Assembly (NCBI GenBank): GCA_003209165.1
Contig: QCSL01000002.1
Span: forward strand, 8,630-72,629
DNA from: Synechococcus sp. AG-670-B23
Lineage (GTDB): Bacteria; Cyanobacteriota; Cyanobacteriia; PCC-6307; Cyanobiaceae
Direction: 5' to 3'
DNA: 64,000 nucleotides
This document shows, in pieces, positions 50,708 to 59,725 of this stretch. Position 1 is the first letter of the stretch; each line of letters begins with the position of its first letter. The position numbers and the translations under genes are program-made. The notes beneath the pieces were generated by a model. The model did not search any database. It was given only the letters and a program-made list of their open reading frames with translations, and was not told the DNA's origin.

Positions 50708-53038
50708 TTAATAGCGTTCAAACTCAGAACCGATTAATCGGATGGCCTCAGTCGTCTCCGGCTTATAGCCATAGACGTATGACCCACCATTGTTGTCATC
50801 AAGGACAGAAGGAGTGACGAGGATCACCAGCTCATTTTTCTGACGGCTGGAGTTGGAACTGCGGAACAGCTGACCAATGAACGGCAAATCACCAAGGATT
50901 GGCCACTTGCGAGCCAACTGACGATCAGACTCCTGGATAACACCAGTAAGAATTAGTGTTTGTCGATCACGAAGGCGAATGCGACCAGAATTAAGTTCTC
51001 TTCTAACGATATTGAAGATCTGAACACCATCCTGCTGGCCAGCCGAAACAGGAAGTGAAATTGTGGGATCTAGCTTCATCGTGACAAACCCATTGTCATC
51101 GATTTTTTCAACTTCTAGATTGACGGTAAGGCCAGCATCTTCACGGGTATTACTGAACTGTGTCGACCCATTAGCAGTTTCACTTTTACTGACTCCGGTA
51201 ATCACATTTTCACCAGAACGAACCACGGCTTTTTCACCCTCCTGCACGAGAAGAGTAGGCTGAGCTAAAGTCTTCGCGCTCGAGGAAATAATAACAGATT
51301 CGATATAAGAATAAAAAGAATTGTCGGGATAACGGAATTTATTAGGATCCTTATCCTTTACATAAATTGGCCGGCCATTTTTGTCGACTCGAGGCACAAG
51401 CTGCTTCGCAGCATTCGGATTAGAATCAGGAATATATACAGGACGGCCTGCCTCATCCAGGAGGTCAGGATAAGTCACTTCACTGCCTATCTGGTTTCCG
51501 TTATCATCAAAAATTGGAGTTACAACTGGATTGTCTACATCTCTTGCGATGATATAAGGATCCTTTACGTCCTGAGCCTGAACCCGAGGAACAAAAGATG
51601 GATATGTTCCAGGCTTGCTATATTCACTGTCATTATAAACTCCGGCTCCGAGGAGAGGACCGCCGGGCTTATAAGCACCGAAATTCATATGAGCATTGCC
51701 ACTTTGGCTCACAATAAATGTATCTCCAATTTTTGCCGAAAAACTTGAGTCTATGCTGGCATCATTATCAAGGGTTACATTCAAAATCTGCACTTTCACC
51801 GCAACTTGCCGCCTGCGCAGATCTATTTGCTTGAGATAACTTTGCGCAATATTAATCAGCGAAGGCTCACCGACTAACGTAATTGTATTTAATCGTGAGT
51901 CAGTCGTTCCCACCAAACCCAAGAGAGGGCCAATACCAGAACCGTAGGTATCAACCACGCTGGTTTCAGTCGTCGTCGACGTGCTCGACTCAGAACTAGT
52001 TGAACTTGTTCCCGAAGTTTCTGAATCGCGAGAAGTTGTTATTGACGTATTCGCTATCTGTATCATTGCCCCAAGGTTACCTAGATATCGGCTTGCAGCT
52101 TCCGCAGCTACCTGATTCAAACGAAATACCTTGGACATCTGCGGCCCAAAGCTCTTGGCCGAGACCGCTGTTCCCACAAACAAGATTCCCCCGTCCAGAC
52201 GTCCCTGCAATCCGGACGCCATAAGCACACTATTAAGAGCCCGGTCATAACGCTCACTTCTAAAGGCCATGGTGACGGGATATTCACTGCTATCACCACC
52301 AGAGGTGGTCAAAGTATCAACATCGATATCTGTATCGGCCACAAAGACAAAGCCATAGCCCCCCAGTCGAGCAAGAGACATCAATGCATCTTTTGCAGGC
52401 GCATTATTCAGGGTAAGCGTCACCGGTGGACCGCTGGCTTGTATAAAAGATTGGTGATTGATCAACATCGAACCCACCGCCATATCTCCCAATGGTGGAG
52501 CCACAGCGCGAGACCTCAGGGGTGGTGCTGAAACACGCTGAGGTATCCGGGCTGGACGACGCAAATCAAATGAACCGGTTTTTCGCGTAGGGACAGCTCC
52601 TGCGATGCCGCTAAACCGAAGCACCAGATCATCTCCGGTGGCCAAGATCTGAGGCTTCGGCAGGACGGTACCCGCAACGGTCGTCACTTCCAGTTGATAA
52701 CTGGATCCGGACCCACGCAGACGAACACTGGCCAAACCTATCTCTGGCATGGCCACCTGTTGAGCCACATCTTGCGTCGACGACTCCGCATCGGAACGGC
52801 TGATTTCCCCCCGCCAACTGGTGTGTGTGCTCCGCTCTTGCTGCACACGAGCGCTATCACCAATGCCGGCCAACATCACATCAATATGATTCGGCTCCTT
52901 ACGTAACTTGAGGGAAACCTGAGATGTTGCTTGTGCCAAAACTGCTCGCTCGAGAAACAGCGACTCCACAACCCCTTGACCAGCCAAACCAAGCATCAAC
53001 ACGAACGGAAAAAGACGCCGGAGGGAGGGGGTCACCAA
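50708..53038 (-). CDS. pilQ: Type IV pilus secretin PilQ (GspD family)
   Basis: DSRLNTITL N3 domain, QVAVKVQIL, AQPTLLVQEGE, PILGDLPFIGQLFR and ELVILVTP secretin motifs. Confidence 0.9.
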   Translation of the reverse strand: MVTPSLRRLFPFVLMLGLAGQGVVESLFLERAVLAQATSQVSLKLRKEPNHIDVMLAGIGDSARVQQERSTHTSWRGEISRSDAESSTQDVAQQVAMPEIGLASVRLRGSGSSYQLEVTTVAGTVLPKPQILATGDDLVLRFSGIAGAVPTRKTGSFDLRRPARIPQRVSAPPLRSRAVAPPLGDMAVGSMLINHQSFIQASGPPVTLTLNNAPAKDALMSLARLGGYGFVFVADTDIDVDTLTTSGGDSSEYPVTMAFRSERYDRALNSVLMASGLQGRLDGGILFVGTAVSAKSFGPQMSKVFRLNQVAAEAASRYLGNLGAMIQIANTSITTSRDSETSGTSSTSSESSTSTTTETSVVDTYGSGIGPLLGLVGTTDSRLNTITLVGEPSLINIAQSYLKQIDLRRRQVAVKVQILNVTLDNDASIDSSFSAKIGDTFIVSQSGNAHMNFGAYKPGGPLLGAGVYNDSEYSKPGTYPSFVPRVQAQDVKDPYIIARDVDNPVVTPIFDDNGNQIGSEVTYPDLLDEAGRPVYIPDSNPNAAKQLVPRVDKNGRPIYVKDKDPNKFRYPDNSFYSYIESVIISSSAKTLAQPTLLVQEGEKAVVRSGENVITGVSKSETANGSTQFSNTREDAGLTVNLEVEKIDDNGFVTMKLDPTISLPVSAGQQDGVQIFNIVRRELNSGRIRLRDRQTLILTGVIQESDRQLARKWPILGDLPFIGQLFRSSNSSRQKNELVILVTPSVLDDNNGGSYVYGYKPETTEAIRLIGSEFERY

Positions 53039-53219
53039 ACCGAAACCGCTCGCATGCCTGAACTATGGGCAGATGGTATCAATGAGATCTGAAGGCAACC
53101 AGGCTTAAACAGTCTCTTCGTTGGAACAAGCCATAGTCGAGCGATCAGCAGGTTTAGGAACCAAGTCGTAGAAACTCAATTGAGGGGTGAGCTTGGTGTC
53201 TGCTGGCTCATGCGATGTC

Positions 53220-54407
53220 TCAGCTTCCATCTTCCCAGGGCAAGCCACTACCGGACGCTTCTGCAATGGTGCGCAGGCCATGGCGGTCCAACTGCAGCAG
53301 CAGACCTTCCAGAATCCGCGGCACCAGATCCGGCCCCTGAAAAATCCAGCCGGTGTAGAGCTGCACCAAGGAAGCCCCTGCGGTGATGCGCTCCCAAGCG
53401 ACTTGAGCCGAGTCAATCCCGCCAACACCGATCAACGGCAGCGCAGGGCCAGCACTGGCCCGTAAGCGGCGGATCACCTCCTGGCCCCGCTGACGCAGGG
53501 GAGCACCGCTGAGACCACCGGCCTCCTCCGCCAGGGTGCGCCCGGTCTGCGGCAGCCGCCGTTGCTCCAGGCCCAGCCGATTGAGACTGGTGTTGACCGC
53601 TATCACCCCGGCAAGACCCTCCTCAAAGGCCAATCGGGCCACCGCATCAATCGACTCATCTTCCAAATCCGGGGCGATCTTCACCAACAAAGGCGGGCAG
53701 GCCGGCAGCCGTCGCAACCGCTCTACCAGACGCCGCAACTGGGCTGTGTCCTGCAGATCCCGCAAGCCGGGGGTGTTGGGGGAGCTGACGTTAATCACTG
53801 CGTAGTCCGCCAAGGGGGACAGCAACTCCAGAGAAGCTGCGTAGTCGTCCGGGGCCTGCTCCAGGGCGGTGATCTTGGACTTACCAACGTTGATCCCAAG
53901 CACCGCTGGCCGCCGGCCGGGCGGATCCAACCGTTGACGCTCCAGCGTTTTCAAGAGCGCCTTGGCACCATCGTTGTTGAATCCCATGCGGTTCAACGCG
54001 GCTTGCTCCTCCGCCAAACGGAACAGGCGTGGTTTGGGGTTGCCCGGCTGGCCATGCCAGGTGACGGTGCCCACCTCAGCGAAGCCGAAGCCGAAGCGAT
54101 CCCAGATGCCGGCAGCCACTCCATTCTTGTCGAATCCTGCCGCCAATCCCACCGGGTTGGGAAAGCGGCAGCCAAACAACACCTGTTCCAGGCGCAAATC
54201 ACGCCGTTGTAAATCGGCCGCCACGCCCTCAAGCACCGTGGACACCCCTGGCCAGCGGCGCCGCAGGCTGGCCTGACCCAGCGCCATGAGAGCAGTGCGC
54301 GACAGCTGTTCAGCGTCTAGCCCGTCGTCCCGCGCCAAGACCGGGCCAAGCCAACGCTGATAGAAGGCACCGCTGCTGAGCGGTCCGGCCGAAGAGGATG
54401 GCGACAT
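53220..54407 (-). CDS. pyrD: Quinone-dependent dihydroorotate dehydrogenase
   Basis: [34 protein letters not shown] and GGLSG motifs; start at ATG 54407. Confidence 0.96.
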   Translation of the reverse strand: MSPSSSAGPLSSGAFYQRWLGPVLARDDGLDAEQLSRTALMALGQASLRRRWPGVSTVLEGVAADLQRRDLRLEQVLFGCRFPNPVGLAAGFDKNGVAAGIWDRFGFGFAEVGTVTWHGQPGNPKPRLFRLAEEQAALNRMGFNNDGAKALLKTLERQRLDPPGRRPAVLGINVGKSKITALEQAPDDYAASLELLSPLADYAVINVSSPNTPGLRDLQDTAQLRRLVERLRRLPACPPLLVKIAPDLEDESIDAVARLAFEEGLAGVIAVNTSLNRLGLEQRRLPQTGRTLAEEAGGLSGAPLRQRGQEVIRRLRASAGPALPLIGVGGIDSAQVAWERITAGASLVQLYTGWIFQGPDLVPRILEGLLLQLDRHGLRTIAEASGSGLPWEDGS

Positions 54408-54415
54408 GCTCTGGC

Positions 54416-55147
54416 TCAGGACTGTTCCGATCCTGCCTCGCGACGCTGCAGGGTCCAGCGGCCCCCCGCCTGGGGGTACACAGTCCAATCCCTCCAGATC
54501 CAGCTCTCCCGTTTAGTTTCCAGCTGTTTCAACGGCTGTTCCACAAGCTGCGCTAACTCCAGCAACGACAGGCTGTATCCACCCTGTGCCAAGCGGTCCG
54601 CCAGCTCCAATCGTGACAACAGCTGCAGCAGAGGCTTGGGGGCGACCTCAGGCGCGGGTTCGGATGATCCCTGCTTCAGAGCCAAGTCCGGCTGGGCCGC
54701 ATGGGAATAGGCCACGGCGATGCGGTCCACCCGTTCGTTATCTAGATCACCGCTGTGACCTTTGACGTAGCTCAGAGGAACGTCATCCAGGCGAGCGGCA
54801 TCCAGAGCCTTCCAGAGGTCCTGATTGAGCACGGGCTTGCCGGCAGCCGTTTTCCAGCCTTTGCGCTTCCAACCTTTGATCCAGGAGCCGAGCCCATCAA
54901 TCAGGTATTTGCTGTCGGTACGCAGGGTGAGATCCGGATGACGGGGCAGCTTCTCAAGTCGTTGCAACACCTCCAACGCCGCCTGCAGTTCCATGCGGTT
55001 GTTGGTGGTGTCGGGGGCATGGCCACCGAATTCCTCAACACTGCCGTCTTCGAAACGCAACAACGCGCCCCAACCTCCCGGACCTGGGTTGCCGCTGCAG
55101 GCACCATCCGTCGCTGCAGCCACGACCCGTCCTCGTCCTTCCGCCAT
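54416..55147 (-). CDS. rnhA: Ribonuclease HI with C-terminal extension
   Basis: [27 protein letters not shown] and VKGHSG..NERVD motifs. Confidence 0.95.
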   Translation of the reverse strand: MAEGRGRVVAAATDGACSGNPGPGGWGALLRFEDGSVEEFGGHAPDTTNNRMELQAALEVLQRLEKLPRHPDLTLRTDSKYLIDGLGSWIKGWKRKGWKTAAGKPVLNQDLWKALDAARLDDVPLSYVKGHSGDLDNERVDRIAVAYSHAAQPDLALKQGSSEPAPEVAPKPLLQLLSRLELADRLAQGGYSLSLLELAQLVEQPLKQLETKRESWIWRDWTVYPQAGGRWTLQRREAGSEQS

Positions 55148-55198
55148 TGATGTGTCCCAACACTGTTCGGTACAACACGGTTTCTGGCGTCACCATGC

Positions 55199-55921
55199 AT
55201 GAGCCGAACCTACCTGCGCGCTGCCGGTCTGACTGCCGTGGGGCTCCTGGGTGCTGGCCTGCCGCAAGCGGGCGCAGCACGGCCCTTGTTTAACAGCGCA
55301 GCCGTCCCGCAGGAGCGTTTGCTGTGCTCGCACAACCCCTTGGCAGGGCCCAGTGAAAACTGCTTGTGCTGGAACAGATCAAAACCCAACCGCGCTGCTG
55401 GAGGGCACGCCAAAACGGACTGGTGGAGCCCAGCCTGAATCGCTTCGACTTCAGCGGCATCTGCAAGCACTACCTGGACAGCAATGGCTACTCGCTGCGC
55501 AGCGGTGGCGAAGACCTTGAAAACCGCTTCCGCTTCCGGCTCAAGCAATCAGGTGCGTCGCTGACGCTCGAGGCCCTCGATCCCCAGCAGAGGGCACCAC
55601 TCCTGGTCGGTCAGGCCCGAATTCCCAGACGCGATCCCCATGGGTTCGTGCCCCTACAGCTGGAGCCGGGCTGGACCTTGGAACGCCGTGTCTACCAACG
55701 ACTTCAGCTGAACCACCTGTATTTTGCCCACCAGGACCCGGTGAACCGGCTGCTCGCGCTGGCCAATAGCCGCGGCCAACGTTCAGGCTTCAGGCGATTG
55801 GGAGCGCCGACTCCACCGATCGCGCGACCGCCTTTGCGCTGCACGCATAACACGCTGACGAACAACACGCCTCGCTAGCAATGCTCCGATCCGCCCGAAG
55901 GTGATCCCCTACCGCCGCTGA
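55199..55921 (+). pseudogene. Degenerate DUF3747-family exported protein gene
   Basis: Reconstructs to ..ERFAVLAQP..W*KLLVLEQI..CW..FDFSGIC..YLDSNGYSLR..VIPYRR*; frameshift near 55318, TGA at 55354, second frameshift near 55835 and TGA at 55856. Confidence 0.8.
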
Positions 55922-56000
55922 GGACCAACCATCACAGTGCCAGTTGAGAGAGCGACCGGACAGGGGCTGAGAACGCAATCTCTTCTCTTAAGATCTATTC

Positions 56001-56098
56001 GTGTGAGGAGTGACGAACGCCTCTTCAGGGTCGAAACAAGGACAGACTCCTGAAAGTGTTTCTCTCGACAAAAGCCCTGCCTTTGGCGGGGCTTTTTT
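56001..56098 (+). ncRNA. yfr2: Probable Yfr2-family small RNA
   Basis: TAAGAT -10 at 55989-55994, 5' GTGTGAGGAGT motif, stem-loop with GAAACAAGGACA loop, own intrinsic terminator. Confidence 0.72.
56070..56098 (+). terminator. Rho-independent terminator of the sRNA (possibly bidirectional)
   Basis: AAAAGCCCTGC-cttt-GGCGGGGCTTTTTT. Confidence 0.85.
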
Positions 56099-56119
56099 GT
56101 TGGCCAAAGAAAAAAATAC

Positions 56120-56147
56120 AAAAAAACCGGCCCTTAAATGGACCGGT
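56120..56147 (-). terminator. Rho-independent terminator of rplJL
   Basis: Minus strand ACCGGTCC-attta-AGGGCCGG followed by T7. Confidence 0.75.
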
Positions 56148-56199
56148 CCGGTGGCTGAAACAGAGCAGCGGGAGAAGGACATGCCCTCCCCCATGGCGA

Positions 56200-56589
56200 T
56201 CACTTGAGGGTGACCTTGCCGCCTGCTTCTTCGATCTCTTTCTTCAGAGCTTCGGCGTCTTCCTTGGAGACACCTTCCTTGACGGGCTTGGGAGCAGCCT
56301 CGACAAGAGCCTTGGCGTCGCCAAGACCCAGTCCGGTGGCGTTACGCACAGTCTTGAGCACCTTAATCTTGGCTGCGGCATCGAAGCTTTCGAGAATGAC
56401 GTCGAATTCCGTCTTCTCCTCGGCGGCTTCGCCACCACCACTAGCAGCGCCAGGGGCAGCCATCACAACACCAGCAGATGCTGCGGCGGACACACCGAAG
56501 GCCTCTTCGATCTGCTTGACGAGCTCAGAAGCTTCAAGCAGGGAGAGGGATTTCAGCGATTCGAGAATTTCGTCGGTTTTTGCAGACAT
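56200..56589 (-). CDS. rplL: 50S ribosomal protein L7/L12
   Basis: [18 protein letters not shown] and [10 protein letters not shown] motifs. Confidence 0.98.
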   Translation of the reverse strand: MSAKTDEILESLKSLSLLEASELVKQIEEAFGVSAAASAGVVMAAPGAASGGGEAAEEKTEFDVILESFDAAAKIKVLKTVRNATGLGLGDAKALVEAAPKPVKEGVSKEDAEALKKEIEEAGGKVTLK

Positions 56590-56643
56590 GGTTTTGAAAG
56601 GGGAAGCAACAGATCAATGAACAGTGGTCTCGGCAGAACCGAA

Positions 56644-57171
56644 TTAGCCTTCGTCGCCTTCGGCGTGCTGCTTGAGTGCCCTGGCCATACCAGAGGGAAC
56701 CTCGTTGATGCCCACAGCGACCTTCGTGGCCACGGCGTTGATAGCACCGGCGATCTGAGCCATGAGCTGCTCCTTGGAGGGGAGATCGGCAATGGCTTTG
56801 ATCTCGTCCTGAGACAGGAGCTTGCCTTCGAAAAGGCCGCCCTTGGTCTCGGACTTCTTGAGTTCCTTCTGGAAGGTCTGAACGGCCTTCACACCGGCAC
56901 CAACATCGCCCTTCACCAGGACGAAGGCGTTGGTTCCGGTAAGCAGGGAATCGAGGCTGGCCCAGTTGCTGTCGCCATCAATGGCACGGCGCATCAAGGT
57001 GTTTTTGGTCACCTTGCAAACGCTGTCGCTGGCCCGCAGACGATCCCGCAGGTCAGACATTTCCTTGATAGACAGGCCCTTGAAGTCAAGGACTAGTGCC
57101 AGTTCGGCATCGGCAAGGAGCTCTTTGAGCTCTCCGACGATCTGCTGCTTGTTCTCCAGCGTGCGGCCCAT
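56644..57171 (-). CDS. rplJ: 50S ribosomal protein L10
   Basis: [15 protein letters not shown] and LPSKEQL motifs. Confidence 0.98.
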   Translation of the reverse strand: MGRTLENKQQIVGELKELLADAELALVLDFKGLSIKEMSDLRDRLRASDSVCKVTKNTLMRRAIDGDSNWASLDSLLTGTNAFVLVKGDVGAGVKAVQTFQKELKKSETKGGLFEGKLLSQDEIKAIADLPSKEQLMAQIAGAINAVATKVAVGINEVPSGMARALKQHAEGDEG

Positions 57172-57229
57172 AGAGATTGGATCGGATCAAAGGAACAAGC
57201 TGGGCACACGGCCGATCGAGTCTCCAAAA

Positions 57230-57355
57230 GGAAGACGAGGCTGCGTGCCGATCCAATCCCGATTGGGATAAAACCGTGTCGCGTCTGCCTCGGCAGGGAT
57301 TACATCAACGGGAATGACTTACGTCATGCCCCGGGACATCCTGCTGTCTCTGGCC
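57230..57355 (-). promoter_or_regulatory. Ribosomal protein L10 leader
   Basis: Minus strand AGACAGCAGG...CCTGCCGAGG...CCTCG core immediately 5' of rplJ. Confidence 0.82.
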
Positions 57356-57417
57356 GGGCGCGTGCCCGATTGGCTTTCACCAAAGATTAATTGTATAGGA
57401 GAGCCTGATCAGCTCTC

Positions 57418-58116
57418 CTACTCAATGTCCTGCAGAGCAGAGAAGTCGACTTCAACGGAAGGACCCATGGTGGAGGTCACGTACAGGGACTTCCAGTAAC
57501 GGCCTTTGGCACCACTGGGCTTGTTGCGGTCGATGGTCTCTTGCAACGTCTTGAGGTTCTGCAGCAGGGCCTCGGCGCTGAAGCTGGCCTTGCCGAAACG
57601 AACGTGCACGATGCCAGTGCGGTCAGCACGGAATTCCAGTTTGCCGGCCTTGAATTCCTTGATCGCGGCTTCAAGATCCGTGGTCACGGTGCCGGCCTTG
57701 GGGTTGGGCATCAAGCCACGGGGGCCAAGGACCCGTCCCAACTTGGCCACCTTGGGCATCATGTCGGGGGTGGCGATCAGCAGGTCGAAATCCATTTCGC
57801 CCTTGCTGATTGTTTCCACCAGTTCTTCTTCGCCGGCGAGTTCAGCCCCCGCAGCCTTGGCTTCGGCAACCTTCTCACCGCGAGTCACCACGGCGATGCG
57901 CACGGTCTGACCTGTGCCATTGGGCAGGGCCACAGTGGTGCGCAGCTGCTGGTCGGTGTACTTAGGATCGATACCGAGGCGTACATGAGCCTCCATCGTC
58001 TCGTCGAACTTAGCGTTGGCGTTGTCCTTGACCAAGACAATCGCCTCGAGGGGCGCGTAGGCACGGTCCTCGATCTTGCCGGCCAGGCTGGCCAGGCGCT
58101 TGGAGATTTTTGGCAT
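57418..58116 (-). CDS. rplA: 50S ribosomal protein L1
   Basis: [22 protein letters not shown] and STMGP motifs. Confidence 0.98.
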   Translation of the reverse strand: MPKISKRLASLAGKIEDRAYAPLEAIVLVKDNANAKFDETMEAHVRLGIDPKYTDQQLRTTVALPNGTGQTVRIAVVTRGEKVAEAKAAGAELAGEEELVETISKGEMDFDLLIATPDMMPKVAKLGRVLGPRGLMPNPKAGTVTTDLEAAIKEFKAGKLEFRADRTGIVHVRFGKASFSAEALLQNLKTLQETIDRNKPSGAKGRYWKSLYVTSTMGPSVEVDFSALQDIE

Positions 58117-58125
58117 GTTAAGAGG

Positions 58126-58159
58126 TGGGGTTCAGGCGACATCAGTGATGCCTCCCCCG
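58126..58159 (-). promoter_or_regulatory. Putative L1-binding translational operator upstream of rplA
   Basis: Minus strand GGGG-GA-GGC...GCC-TGAA-CCCC stem with an asymmetric internal loop, about 10 nt before the rplA ATG. Confidence 0.6.
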
Positions 58160-58187
58160 TATGGGTTGGAGAAGCAGTGCAGCGACG

Positions 58188-58613
58188 TCAGTCGCTGATA
58201 GAAACGCCCATGTTGCGGGCGGTGCCTTCGATGATCCGCATGGCGGACTCAACGCTGGTGCAGTTGAGATCGGGGAGCTTGGTCTTGGCGATTTCCTCGA
58301 GCTGAGCCCGACTGATCGATCCAACACTGCCCTTGGCGGACTCACCGGATCCCTTTTGGATCTTGGCTGCCTTGGTGATCAACACCGACGCTGGAGGCGT
58401 CTTGGTGATGAAGGTGAAGCTGCGGTCTTCAAAGACCGAGATCTCCACCGGAATCACATAACCGGCCTTGTCCTGCGTCCGAGCGTTGTACTCCTTGCAG
58501 AACATCATGATGTTCACACCGTGCTGACCGAGGGCAGGGCCCACCGGCGGCGCGGGGTTGGCTTTACCGGCATCTAGGGCCAGCTTGATCACAGCTACGA
58601 CTTTCTTGGCCAT
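58188..58613 (-). CDS. rplK: 50S ribosomal protein L11
   Basis: [16 protein letters not shown] and GTARNMG motifs. Confidence 0.98.
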   Translation of the reverse strand: MAKKVVAVIKLALDAGKANPAPPVGPALGQHGVNIMMFCKEYNARTQDKAGYVIPVEISVFEDRSFTFITKTPPASVLITKAAKIQKGSGESAKGSVGSISRAQLEEIAKTKLPDLNCTSVESAMRIIEGTARNMGVSISD

Positions 58614-58722
58614 CGGCTGGGTGGTTTTGACAGCTGCGGATCACCAGACCCTCGGGTCGGGTGCGGCGAAGTGGTTGCCCACTCCCAAGGCCGCCCTCCG
58701 CAGGGAGACGGCCGCCGCCAAG

Positions 58723-59391
58723 TCAGTTCTGTTTGCTGATCTGAGAAAACTCCAGTTCAACCGGGGTCTCTCGACCAAAAATGGAGAGCAGGGCCTTGAG
58801 CTTGTTCCGCTCGCCGGACACCTCGATTACTTCGCCCTGGAAATCCTTGAAGGGACCAGCAGTCACCAAGATCTGATCGCCTTCGGTAAGATCAACCTTG
58901 ACGACAGTCTTCTTCTCGGCAGCACGCTTAAAGATGCGATCCACCTCTGACCGACTGAGAGGACGAGGCTTGATGTGACCACGGGCTTTACCGGTGGCAC
59001 GCCGGTCTTCAGCACCGACGAAATTAATCACGTTCGGGGTGCTTCGCACCGCCATCATCGTGTCCTCATCCAGCACCATCCGGACCAGCACATAACCTGG
59101 GAACACCTTCTCCTCGGTGGACTGACGAGTGCCGTCCTTCTTGAGCTTGACTGCAGGCGTCTGGGGAATTTCGATCTCAAGAATCCTGTTGCTCACCCCG
59201 AGGGTGACGGCACGCTGCTCGAGGGTGGCCTTGACTTTCTTCTCGCAGCTGGAGGCCACCTGAACGGCGTACCAGCGGGCGATGGCCGTGTTGGCAACAG
59301 CCTCTACAATCAAGGTGCTGTCTTCACCCTCATTCGGGGCCGGTAGATCAAGCACCTCAAGGGCGTCTGTTGTGGTCAGGTCGTCGGGCAC
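58723..59391 (-). CDS. nusG: Transcription factor NusG
   Basis: WYAVQV, FPGYVLV, KOW GPFKDF and IFGRETPVEL motifs. Confidence 0.97.
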   Translation of the reverse strand: MPDDLTTTDALEVLDLPAPNEGEDSTLIVEAVANTAIARWYAVQVASSCEKKVKATLEQRAVTLGVSNRILEIEIPQTPAVKLKKDGTRQSTEEKVFPGYVLVRMVLDEDTMMAVRSTPNVINFVGAEDRRATGKARGHIKPRPLSRSEVDRIFKRAAEKKTVVKVDLTEGDQILVTAGPFKDFQGEVIEVSGERNKLKALLSIFGRETPVELEFSQISKQN

Positions 59392-59412
59392 GGCGAGAAA
59401 AGTGATATCGAG

Positions 59413-59655
59413 TCAGCGGAACACCTGCGAGGAGGCCCACCCAAAGAAGCGACTAACAGCCGCGATGGTGGCGGCCGAAAGGCTGACCATCAGGATCACA
59501 GCGATGGATTCGCTGAACAGTTGCTGGCGGCTTGGCCAAACCACGAGTTTCAGCTCATCAACCGTGTCCGCCAGAAAGCCACCGGATTTGGTGGAGTCGG
59601 CAGCGGCTTTGGAGCCGTCAGATGTGGTGGTGTCCTCAGAGATGGGGCTGGTCAC
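59413..59655 (-). CDS. secE: Preprotein translocase SecE
   Basis: ELKLVVWPSR motif plus transmembrane helix; probable GTG start at 59655. Confidence 0.92.
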   Translation of the reverse strand: MTSPISEDTTTSDGSKAAADSTKSGGFLADTVDELKLVVWPSRQQLFSESIAVILMVSLSAATIAAVSRFFGWASSQVFR

Positions 59656-59725
59656 GGGGATGGGACCGGAAGTTGACAACGGTGCCGGTAGGCACTTCGC
59701 CAAACAGACACATTACCGGATGCCC

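Noticed and set aside
51955-52055. Ser/Thr-rich run in PilQ
   Set aside because: Low-complexity S/T loops in the secretin N3 domain are commonplace
50701-53108. AGGCTTAA occurring on both sides of pilQ as a possible target-site duplication
   Set aside because: Only 8 bp, overlaps the pilQ stop codon, no mobility gene; expected by chance
56056-57096. 346-aa ORF antisense to rplL and rplJ
   Set aside because: Shadow of ribosomal protein genes; it also runs through terminators
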